Shown piece by piece: positions 1-7,393 of a stretch of DNA of 32,000 bases (positions are counted from its first letter, which is position 1; each line of letters opens with the position of its first letter). The stretch is taken from positions 480,001 to 512,000 of the forward strand of contig CP010514.1 in the NCBI GenBank assembly GCA_001552015.1. Direction: 5' to 3'. Position numbers and translations under genes: made by a program. The notes under the pieces were generated by a model, which was given only the letters and a program-made list of their open reading frames with translations, did not search any database and was not told the origin of the DNA. Origin of the DNA: Candidatus Nanopusillus acidilobi (GTDB lineage: Archaea > Nanobdellota > Nanobdellia > Nanobdellales > Nanobdellaceae).

Positions 1-741
1 TTCATCATCTGCAATTCCAATACCTACTATTGAAGCTCCTCCGACACCTAATACAGTTTTTACATCTGCGAAATCTAAGTTAATATATGAAGCTTTATCA
101 AATGTTTCTACCAAACCTTTTATCATTTGTCCTATTAAGTTATTTGCATATCCAAATGCTTGTGTAAATGGTAAATTACCAGCATATTGTAATATTTTGT
201 TGTTATCAATTAATATAACATTGTCTGCATATTTTCTTAATTGAGCTAAACCTTCTTCTGCTTTTTCTCTTCTTACTACACCTTCATTATAGAAAGGCAA
301 TGTTGCAACTGCTACTACAAGTGGTACTCCAACTTCTTTTGCTATTTGTGCAATAACTGGTGCTCCTCCTGTACCAGTTCCTCCGCCTAGACCTAATAAT
401 ATCCAAACCATATCTGCACCTTCTAATAATTTCCTTATATCTGATTGTGAAGATCTTGCAGCATCCATTCCTTTTGATGGTAATCCTCCAGCACCCAATC
501 CTCTTGTAACTTCCTTACCCAATAGAATCTTTTTATGAGCTTTAACTATCTTTAAATGAGCATAATCTGTATTTGCTGCAATTACTTCTGCACCTTTTAT
601 ATTCATCCTATATAACCAATCTGCCATGTTACTTCCAGCCCCACCAACACCTATTATTTTTATTGTTGGCAACAATTTAAACTCCTCCCCTGGCGATACT
701 CCTATTATTTCATCTTCTATTTTATTATTAATCTCTGCCAT
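1..741 (-). CDS. ftsZ: Cell division GTPase FtsZ, N-terminal 247 codons (C-terminus runs off the left edge)
   Basis: My own reverse-strand translation from the ATG at 741..739 gives MAEINNKIEDEIIG...KIIGVGGAGSNMADWL...LGLGGGTGTGGAPVIAQIAKE. It contains GxGGxGxN and the tubulin signature GGGTGTG. It is absent from the ORF track because it is open at the window edge. Confidence 0.9.
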   Translation of the reverse strand, partial: MAEINNKIEDEIIGVSPGEEFKLLPTIKIIGVGGAGSNMADWLYRMNIKGAEVIAANTDYAHLKIVKAHKKILLGKEVTRGLGAGGLPSKGMDAARSSQSDIRKLLEGADMVWILLGLGGGTGTGGAPVIAQIAKEVGVPLVVAVATLPFYNEGVVRREKAEEGLAQLRKYADNVILIDNNKILQYAGNLPFTQAFGYANNLIGQMIKGLVETFDKASYINLDFADVKTVLGVGGASIVGIGIADDE

Positions 742-1025
742 TTATAGTTATGGCATTTCATATATTAAAAATATTTCTATAAAAAAATAATGTTTTTTGA
801 AGATCTTAGTAAATTTCCATAAATTTAAGATAGCTTTTAACATAAAAAAATAAATTATTAAAATATATAAATATCTAACAAATTTTTCTGAATAGATAAA
901 AAATCATGTTAAGATAATCATTAATAGATAAGTTTTTAAATATTATATAGACCATTGCTATTAAATAATTTATAAGATAAACAAAAAATGTAAAATTTAT
1001 AAAAATTACTATAACTATTATTATT

Positions 1026-1319
1026 ATGAAGTCAGAATCTACCCTACCAATGTTTATATTACCAGCATTAATTATAGCAGCATCAATAGTAGCCACCACT
1101 CAATATTTATCAACAGATATTATTCACATGAACTCAAATATTATAGCATATGCTGATTGTGCACAAAATATGATGAATTATGCATTTCTTGGACAGGTTT
1201 ATAATTTCTCTCAATGTTATTTAAATAGTATAAATCAAACATATGTAAATTGCTATTATAATTCAACAGATATTATATGCAATATAAATGGAACCAATTA
1301 TATTTACTCATTAGGGTAA
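1026..1319 (+). CDS. Small membrane-anchored or secreted Cys/Asn-rich protein (97 aa), function unknown
   Basis: ORF track. The N-terminus MKS-ESTLPMFILPALIIAASIVATT is a short basic head followed by a hydrophobic helix. The rest has 4 Cys and 4 N-x-S/T sequons (NFS, NQT, NST, NGT), the same style as the small proteins at 12016-13240. No homolog recognised. Confidence 0.4.
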   Translation: MKSESTLPMFILPALIIAASIVATTQYLSTDIIHMNSNIIAYADCAQNMMNYAFLGQVYNFSQCYLNSINQTYVNCYYNSTDIICNINGTNYIYSLG

Positions 1320-1377
1320 TTTTGTTAAATATTATTTTTTATAAAAAGTTAAAATATTTTTTTATATAAAATCTTTT

Positions 1378-2658
1378 ATGAAATACGCAAAGATAAAAAC
1401 AAAAGATAACAAGGTATTTGAAGGATATTTAGTAAACGAAACATCGGAATTTATTATAATAAAATTAAAGAATGGCTATAATATTGGGATAAGAAATGAT
1501 GATATTTTGGAATTAAATAAAGAGGAAATAGAATCAAAATATGAAAATAGAGAATATAAAAAGCTAGAAAGTAGAAATAATAAAATATCAATATTAGCCA
1601 CTGGTGGTACAATATTATCAAAAATAGATTATAGAACTGGAGGAGTACATATGTTAACTAAACCAGAAGAATTAATTGATCTTGCACCAGATCTATTAGA
1701 TTATGTTGAAATTAAAAATATAGAAATACCATTTTCAATTGCTTCAGAAGATATGTTACCAGATAATTGGATAGAAATTGGAAAAATATTAGTAAGATTA
1801 CTAAATGATGACGTAAATGGAGTAACAATATTACATGGAACTGATACAATGCACTATACATCTTCAGCATTATCTTTTATTGTAAAAAATTTAAACAAAC
1901 CAGTTTCAATTACAGGATCTCAGAGATCTTCAGATAGACCGTCTTCAGATGCATTTTTTAATTTATTATCCTCTGCAGTATATGATAATTCTGATATAGC
2001 AGAAATAGCAATTGTAATGCATGGAAGTAGTTCTGATAGTTTTTCATATGCACATAGGGGAACAAAGGTTAGAAAAATGCATACAGAAAGAAGAGATGCT
2101 TTTCAATCAATAAATTCTTTACCATTAGCAAAAATATTTCCATATAATAAAAAGATAGAGATAATTGATAATTATTATAGGAAAAGAAACAATAATAATC
2201 CTTATTTAGATGATAAAATATGTAAAAAAGTTGCATTAATAAAAACATATCCAGGTTCAGATCCTGATATAATAAAATATTATGTAGATAAAAATTACAA
2301 AGGAATTGTAATAGAAGGAACTGGTTTTGGGCATGTACCAACAAATCCAACAGATAAAAAATATTCATGGATTGAAAATATAAAATATGGAATAGAAAGG
2401 GGTATAATATTTGTTATAACATCTCAAACAATATTTGGAAGAACTAATCCTTTTGTGTATAGTAATGCAAGATTATTATATAATTTAGGAGTTATATATG
2501 CAGAAGACATGCATCCTGAAACTGCATATGTAAAATTAATGTATGTTTTAGGACATACAGAAAATTATGAAGAAGTTAAAAAGATGTTTTTAACAAATAT
2601 TGCTGGAGAAATAAATGAAAAAAGCTCTTATGAATTCTTTAACTTTAATAAAGATTAA
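1378..2658 (+). CDS. gatD: Glutamyl-tRNA(Gln) amidotransferase subunit D (asparaginase-like)
   Basis: 426 aa, with a small N-terminal domain followed by an L-asparaginase fold. Motifs seen: ILATGGTILSKIDYRTGGV and ILHGTDTMHYTS. Size and architecture are typical of archaeal GatD. Confidence 0.9.
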   Translation: MKYAKIKTKDNKVFEGYLVNETSEFIIIKLKNGYNIGIRNDDILELNKEEIESKYENREYKKLESRNNKISILATGGTILSKIDYRTGGVHMLTKPEELIDLAPDLLDYVEIKNIEIPFSIASEDMLPDNWIEIGKILVRLLNDDVNGVTILHGTDTMHYTSSALSFIVKNLNKPVSITGSQRSSDRPSSDAFFNLLSSAVYDNSDIAEIAIVMHGSSSDSFSYAHRGTKVRKMHTERRDAFQSINSLPLAKIFPYNKKIEIIDNYYRKRNNNNPYLDDKICKKVALIKTYPGSDPDIIKYYVDKNYKGIVIEGTGFGHVPTNPTDKKYSWIENIKYGIERGIIFVITSQTIFGRTNPFVYSNARLLYNLGVIYAEDMHPETAYVKLMYVLGHTENYEEVKKMFLTNIAGEINEKSSYEFFNFNKD

Positions 2659-2661
2659 TTT

Positions 2662-2991
2662 TTAATGAACAGAAGATCCTTCTTTTATATCTCTATCAAC
2701 TGTTAATAATGATAAATTTCCATTTCCATCTTCTGCAGCTAATAACATTCCTTGTGATTCTATTCCCCTAAAATTTTTTGGCTGTAAATTATAAACAATT
2801 ATTATTTTTTTATTTAATAATTCTTCTTTCTTATACCATTGCTTTATTCCAGATACAATTTGTCTTACTTCATTTCCCAAATCAACTTTTAATATATACA
2901 ATCTATCTGCATTTGGATGATCTTGTACATCTATAACCTTTCCAACAACCAATTTTACTTTTGAGAATTCATCTATTGTTATATAATCCAT
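2662..2991 (-). CDS. Stand-alone tRNA-binding domain protein (Trbp111/CsaA/MetRS C-terminal-like OB fold)
   Basis: 109 aa. FSKVKLVVGKVIDVQDHPNADRLYILKVDLG...IVSGI...N...PKNFRGIESQGMLLAAED matches the EMAP/Trbp111-type tRNA-binding domain consensus as I remember it. Confidence 0.8.
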   Translation of the reverse strand: MDYITIDEFSKVKLVVGKVIDVQDHPNADRLYILKVDLGNEVRQIVSGIKQWYKKEELLNKKIIIVYNLQPKNFRGIESQGMLLAAEDGNGNLSLLTVDRDIKEGSSVH

Positions 2992-3020
2992 TTTAAAAAA
3001 TTTCTATATAAGTTTTATAA

Positions 3021-3962
3021 ATGGATCCAGTAAGAGATTTAAAGATAAATAAAGATATGAAAATAAAGGATTTAATTGAGCAATTTAAATATGTAGGGGG
3101 ATTTCAGGCACAAGAATTATATAGAGGATATGAAATATTGAAAGAAATGCTAAATGATAAGAATACAATCAAAGTATTGAGTTTTCCTGCAGATATTATT
3201 GCAACTGGAATAAGAGGTATAATTAAGGATATTATTAAAAATAAATTATTTGATATAGTTATTACAACAACAGGAACATTAGATCATGATATTGCAAGAT
3301 TAACAAAAGATTATTACTTAGGATATTTTGATTCTGATGATATAAAATTAAGAGAAGAGGGAATATTAAGATTGGGAAATATATATATACCAGAAGAAAA
3401 TTATGGTATAGCAATTGAAGATACATTAAGGCCAATTTTAGATGATATATTTAAGGAATTAAAAAATAAAAACAAGAATTTAATATCTACTCATGAATTA
3501 ATATTTGAAATTGGAAAAAGATTAGAAAAATTTGATAAAAAAGAAGAAAGTATAATATATTGGTCATATAAAAATAATATACCAATAATTGTACCAGGAA
3601 TTACAGATGGTGCAGTTGGAACACAAATATTGATGAAAGAATATGATTATCCAGACATACAAGTATCTGTATGGGAAGATGAAAAGTTTCTTGCATCAAA
3701 ATTCTTTGGAGAAAAAAAGGTGGGAGCATTAATTTTAGGAGGAGGAATATCAAAACATCATACAATATGGTGGGCTCAATTCTCCGGAGGATTAGAATAT
3801 GCAGTATATATTAGTTCTGCAAATGAATTGGATGGAAGTTTATCTGGAGCAAAAACAAAAGAAGCAATAACATGGAAAAAAATTAGAAAAAATGCAAAGC
3901 ATGTAAATATATGGGGAGATATAACAATTATATTGCCAATAATTATATCTGAATTTTTATAA
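3021..3962 (+). CDS. dys: Deoxyhypusine synthase
   Basis: 313 aa. Motifs TTTGTLDHDI, PGITDGAVG and LILGGGISKHH, together with the length, fit archaeal deoxyhypusine synthase. Confidence 0.9.
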   Translation: MDPVRDLKINKDMKIKDLIEQFKYVGGFQAQELYRGYEILKEMLNDKNTIKVLSFPADIIATGIRGIIKDIIKNKLFDIVITTTGTLDHDIARLTKDYYLGYFDSDDIKLREEGILRLGNIYIPEENYGIAIEDTLRPILDDIFKELKNKNKNLISTHELIFEIGKRLEKFDKKEESIIYWSYKNNIPIIVPGITDGAVGTQILMKEYDYPDIQVSVWEDEKFLASKFFGEKKVGALILGGGISKHHTIWWAQFSGGLEYAVYISSANELDGSLSGAKTKEAITWKKIRKNAKHVNIWGDITIILPIIISEFL

Positions 3963-4011
3963 TCTGAATACCCTCTTTTCATCATCTTTCAGTCGACATC
4001 GATTTCTTCAT
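3963..4011 (-). ncRNA. Candidate C/D-box sRNA with variant terminal boxes
   Basis: The minus strand reads AUGAAGA(C, 4011-4005) - 12 nt AAUCGAUGUCGA - CUGA(D', 3992-3989) - AAG - AUGAUGA(C', 3985-3979) - 12 nt AAAGAGGGUAUU - CAGA(D, 3966-3963). Both spacers are exactly 12 nt and the internal boxes are perfect. The terminal boxes each deviate at one position. Confidence 0.5.
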
Positions 4012-4048
4012 ATATAATTTTATAATTTCAAAAATATATAATAATTAT

Positions 4049-4100
4049 CGCACCTCCTAATCAATGAGGGATTCCGAGTATGAAGCTGGTGACACCGCGG
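4049..4100. other. Unassigned GC-rich island (about 52 nt) in otherwise AT-rich spacer; possible small structured RNA
   Basis: The sequence cgcacctcctaatcaatgagggattccgagtatgaagctggtgacaccgcgg is roughly 50% G+C against a background near 20%. It abuts the stop codon of the GTPase gene at 4101. I could not find a convincing tRNA, C/D or H/ACA fold. Confidence 0.25.
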
Positions 4101-4835
4101 TTAAAAGAAAAAAGCCTTTATTTTTCCTTTTTGCCAATCATATAATATAATCTTTGAAACCCTTTTTATCCAATCAGAATCTTTCTTTATATTATATTTT
4201 TCCCTTAATTCAGTAAATAAATCTTTTATATTTTCTATATTTATATTATAATATTCTTCAAATGGTTTTTTACCTATCTTTTTATATAAATATAAAACCG
4301 CTTTTTCAGGATATTCTAATTTATCTACATCATATGCTCCCAAAATCGCTAATAAATATTTATTTTTTGTTTCAACAATACCTGGAGAATCTATTAAATA
4401 ATATTTTCTAGATAACCTAATTATTTGTAAATGTTTTGTAAATCCTGGTTTTGGAGAAGTACCAGCACTTCTCCTTCCAACCAATATATTTATTATTGAA
4501 GATTTCCCAGTATTTGGATATCCAAATACACCAATATATGCCTTTTCATATTTTCTTCCAACTTTTTTTATTGCTTCTCTTAATTTTCTACTTCCTTTTC
4601 TATATATTGCCGACATATATACTGTTATATATTCTTTACTAAATTCTTCCACCACTTTTTTTAGAAAATCTTCACTTACTAAATCAGATTTATTTAAAAC
4701 TAATATTAGGTCCTTATTTTTATTTTTTATATATTTTTCTATATATTTTATTCTACATAATTTTGGAAACCTGGCATCCAATATTTCAAGCAATATATTA
4801 GATTTATTTATTAATTCTTTTATCTTAGTATCCAT
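4101..4835 (-). CDS. Circularly permuted GTPase of the YlqF/YawG (RbgA/Nog2-like) ribosome-biogenesis family
   Basis: 244 aa. The G4 motif LNKSDL precedes G1 GYPNTGKSS and G3 DSPG, which is the permuted motif order diagnostic of this family. Confidence 0.8.
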   Translation of the reverse strand: MDTKIKELINKSNILLEILDARFPKLCRIKYIEKYIKNKNKDLILVLNKSDLVSEDFLKKVVEEFSKEYITVYMSAIYRKGSRKLREAIKKVGRKYEKAYIGVFGYPNTGKSSIINILVGRRSAGTSPKPGFTKHLQIIRLSRKYYLIDSPGIVETKNKYLLAILGAYDVDKLEYPEKAVLYLYKKIGKKPFEEYYNINIENIKDLFTELREKYNIKKDSDWIKRVSKIILYDWQKGKIKAFFF

Positions 4836-4924
4836 AATATAAAATATTTTAGAAACATAAAATAAAATATTTTTTTAAAAATTGTTAATATAAATTTATA
4901 AATTAATTTTAACAATATTAATAT

Positions 4925-5119
4925 ATGGCAGCTAGAAGAAGAAAAACACTAAAAGAGCTTTTATTGGAATTATTAAAAACTCCAAAAACCGTTGATGAAG
5001 TAATAAAAGCTGTAAAATCTAAAAGACCAAGGACAAGAGTTAGGGTTATAAAAGCTCTAGTATCAAGATTATTAAGAGAAGGATCAGTAAAGAAGGTAGG
5101 AGATAAGTTACAAGCATAA
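4925..5119 (+). CDS. Small basic protein (64 aa), possible minimal winged-helix DNA/RNA-binding protein
   Basis: ORF track: MAARRRKTLKELLLELLKTPKTVDEVIKAVKSKRPRTRVRVIKALVSRLLREGSVKKVGDKLQA. It is very Lys/Arg-rich, predicted helical, and a little more GC-rich than its neighbours. No family recognised. Confidence 0.5.
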   Translation: MAARRRKTLKELLLELLKTPKTVDEVIKAVKSKRPRTRVRVIKALVSRLLREGSVKKVGDKLQA

Positions 5120-5157
5120 AAATTTTGATTTTTTATTTTATTTTAAATTTTTAAAAA
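5120..5157. terminator. Oligo-T rich spacer between convergent genes (probable bidirectional archaeal terminator)
   Basis: aaattttgattttttattttattttaaatttttaaaaa has T4-T6 runs on the + strand after 4925-5119 and a T5 run on the - strand right after the AOR stop. Archaeal termination commonly uses oligo-T. This is a weak call in AT-rich DNA. Confidence 0.3.
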
Positions 5158-7062
5158 TTAAGATAATAAATGCTTTTCTTCTAAAATATCTGCCAACCAT
5201 TTTAAATCCAATTCTTCTAACTTCTCTCTTGTAGGTCTTCCATTTATCCAACCTCTTGCTTTATAATATTCAGGTAACATTTCACTAATCTTTACTACAT
5301 AACCTGCAGAGGGACCTTCTTTAAATGGTTCTTCTAAAAACCTTTTTGGTAAATTATCATATTCTAAATTATCTCCAAATACTAAAATATTATATACTCT
5401 TTCTGCATTCCATATCCTTTCCCCAATTTTTAATAATTCTTGAGAGTTAATATCCCATCCAGTAACTGCAGATAATTGTTCAGCATATATTTCTTCATTC
5501 AATGCATATCTTGAAAATCTACATACAATCATACTATCAATTACTGCAGCTAAATCTTGTTCTTTTTTTATCAATTCTCCTTTACCCTTTGTTTCAAATC
5601 TATTAATATTATTATTTCCTAAATAAGTTGGTTCTGTAACTTCTTTAAATAATCCAAGTTGATCATAATCACCCGTATTACTTGTTGCATACCATAATCC
5701 ATAACCCTGCGCTCCTCTAGGATCAAAACCAAACAAAGGCATTCCTCTTTTATTTATCATTGCATATTCTTCTGAATTATATTTCTTTGCAAATTCTTTT
5801 GTACCTTCTGATAATTCATCTCCAATTCCATTTCTATTTGCAATTCTATATATTAATTCAATAATTAATTCTGGATCTCCCCAATTAACTTTTAATCCTT
5901 CTAATTTTTCTTTTGGTATTTTTCCTTTTTCTACCAATTCAATAAATGTTCCAATAACATGACCTGTTCCAACAATATCTAAACCCAATTCATTACATAA
6001 GTGATAAGCTCTTAAAACAGAAGGTAAATTATCATTATTTAGATTATATCCAAATCCCCATACACCCATATATTCTGGACCATCTCCTTCTGTACTAAAT
6101 AATGGTTCATCAGCCTTTGTATATTTTTTACATCCTATTGGACAACCCCAACATACTGATTCCCTTGTCTTTTCTTGATCTAAATATTCTTTTACAATTG
6201 TTTCTCCAGATAATTTATTAAAATCTGAAAATATATTTGTTTGATAATTTTTTACAGGTATCATGCCCTTTTCTCCTAAAGCTTTTGCTAAAAATCCTGC
6301 AGTTCCATATTTTGGTAATATTACAGATGTAATTGCCGAATTTCTTACAAATTGAGAAGATTTTAAAATAACTTCTCTAAATTTTTCCTGATTTGCAATT
6401 TGGGGTTTTAAATTTCCTCTTACAGCAATTGCCTTCAAATTCTTACTTCCAAATACTGCAGCAATTCCACCTCTTCCAACAGCACCTTTTCCTTTATCTT
6501 CAATTACTGCTGATATTTTAACTAATTTTTCACCCGCAGGTCCTATACTAATTACCTTAATATTTTTTGCATCATCTTTTCCAACAATAGATGATAATTC
6601 TTCCCTAATTAAATCTACAGTCTGATAAACTGTTTTTCCCCATAAATTTTTTGCATCTCTTATTTCTGCTTTTCCATTGTATATCCATAAATATACTGGC
6701 CTATTTGCTTTTCCTTCAATTATTATAAAATCAAAACCTGAAAATTTTAATTCTGCACCAAATTTTCCTCCAGCATTTCCTTCATAAACTGTATTAGTTA
6801 TTGGAGATTTAGTAACAATAGACCATCTTCCAGCAGTTGGAATTCCGACAATTCCAGTTACAGGTCCTGTAGCAATAATTAATTTGTTTTCAGGACTTAA
6901 AGGATCTACATTTGGTGGTACTTCTTTTATTATATAATATGTACCAATTCCTCTTCCTCCCAACCATTTTCTCAATATATCTTCTGAAGGTAAAGGTTCT
7001 ATGGAAATTTTTTCTTCAGTTAAATTCACTCTTAAAACTTTTCCCATATATCCATAAACCAT
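5158..7062 (-). CDS. aor: Tungsten-type aldehyde:ferredoxin oxidoreductase (AOR family)
   Basis: 634 aa. The N-terminus GKVLRVNLTEEKISIEPLP...WLGGRGIGTYY and the 4Fe-4S ligand cluster CWGCPIGC fit the AOR family, as does the length. The true start may be the internal Met (MGKVL). Confidence 0.9.
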   Translation of the reverse strand: MVYGYMGKVLRVNLTEEKISIEPLPSEDILRKWLGGRGIGTYYIIKEVPPNVDPLSPENKLIIATGPVTGIVGIPTAGRWSIVTKSPITNTVYEGNAGGKFGAELKFSGFDFIIIEGKANRPVYLWIYNGKAEIRDAKNLWGKTVYQTVDLIREELSSIVGKDDAKNIKVISIGPAGEKLVKISAVIEDKGKGAVGRGGIAAVFGSKNLKAIAVRGNLKPQIANQEKFREVILKSSQFVRNSAITSVILPKYGTAGFLAKALGEKGMIPVKNYQTNIFSDFNKLSGETIVKEYLDQEKTRESVCWGCPIGCKKYTKADEPLFSTEGDGPEYMGVWGFGYNLNNDNLPSVLRAYHLCNELGLDIVGTGHVIGTFIELVEKGKIPKEKLEGLKVNWGDPELIIELIYRIANRNGIGDELSEGTKEFAKKYNSEEYAMINKRGMPLFGFDPRGAQGYGLWYATSNTGDYDQLGLFKEVTEPTYLGNNNINRFETKGKGELIKKEQDLAAVIDSMIVCRFSRYALNEEIYAEQLSAVTGWDINSQELLKIGERIWNAERVYNILVFGDNLEYDNLPKRFLEEPFKEGPSAGYVVKISEMLPEYYKARGWINGRPTREKLEELDLKWLADILEEKHLLS

Positions 7063-7152
7063 AGATTATAATTATTTTCATACTTAAAAAATATTTAATA
7101 TTCTAAACATATTTTGATAAAATAATAGAGTTATTATGACATATGTAAATAG

Positions 7153-7296
7153 AGAAATAAAAGAATCAGTAAAGATTTTTATACATTTATTAAAAGATAT
7201 AAACCAGAGAAAGGATTAATAGTAACTTTAGATGAATTCGATATAAAAGATATTTATAATACAAAAGTATATACTATTCTAGCATATTATATATAA
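7153..7296 (+). pseudogene. Possible C-terminal remnant of a degraded gene (resembles tails of archaeal COG1373/DUF4143 AAA+ ATPases)
   Basis: A stop-free frame without a start codon reads ...ISKDFYTFIKRYKPEKGLIVTLDEFDIKDIYNTKVYTILAYYI*. An out-of-frame 28-codon ATG ORF at 7136 lies just upstream. The fragment sits in an unusually long (259 nt) spacer. The family resemblance is from memory only. Confidence 0.25.
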
Positions 7297-7321
7297 ACTT
7301 AAGGGATATTTAAAATTTATT

Positions 7322-7393
7322 GGGCCCGTAGTCTAGTCGTAGGATGTCGGCCTGGCTAGCCGGAGATCCCGGGTTCAAATCCCGGCGGGTCCA
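7322..7393 (+). tRNA. tRNA-Ala (anticodon GGC), no encoded CCA
   Basis: Hand-folded cloverleaf: acceptor GGGCCCG/CGGGTCC with a G3:U70 pair (alanine identity element), anticodon stem TCGGC/GCCGG, loop CTGGCTA, T arm CCGGG-TTCAAAT-CCCGG, discriminator A. It is a GC-rich island. Confidence 0.8.

Noticed and set aside
742-1025. Replication origin or ORB repeats in the long AT-rich spacer upstream of ftsZ
   Set aside because: I found only trivial short AT repeats (aatagataa x2, taagataa x2). There are no GC-containing ORB-like boxes or dyad-symmetric repeats, and no cdc6/orc1 gene lies nearby.
875-1099. 74-aa minus-strand ORF
   Set aside because: The product is an Ile/Asn/Phe low-complexity string. 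It overlaps the start of the more plausible + strand 97-aa ORF, and it has no motif or signal-like organisation.
3993-4004. 9-nt identity of the sRNA D' guide (UCGAUGUCG) to the conserved 23S peptidyl-transferase-region motif CUCGAUGUCGG
   Set aside because: The guide has the same sense as the rRNA motif, not its complement, so it cannot pair with it. The + strand, which would be complementary, has no C/D boxes.
4020-4103. Stop-codon read-through extension of the GTPase (26 in-frame sense codons after TAA, with Cys/His residues)
   Set aside because: There is no known precedent for this family. The tail ends in AT-rich junk (NYYIFLKL), and the GC-richness is more typical of RNA structure than of coding sequence in this genome.
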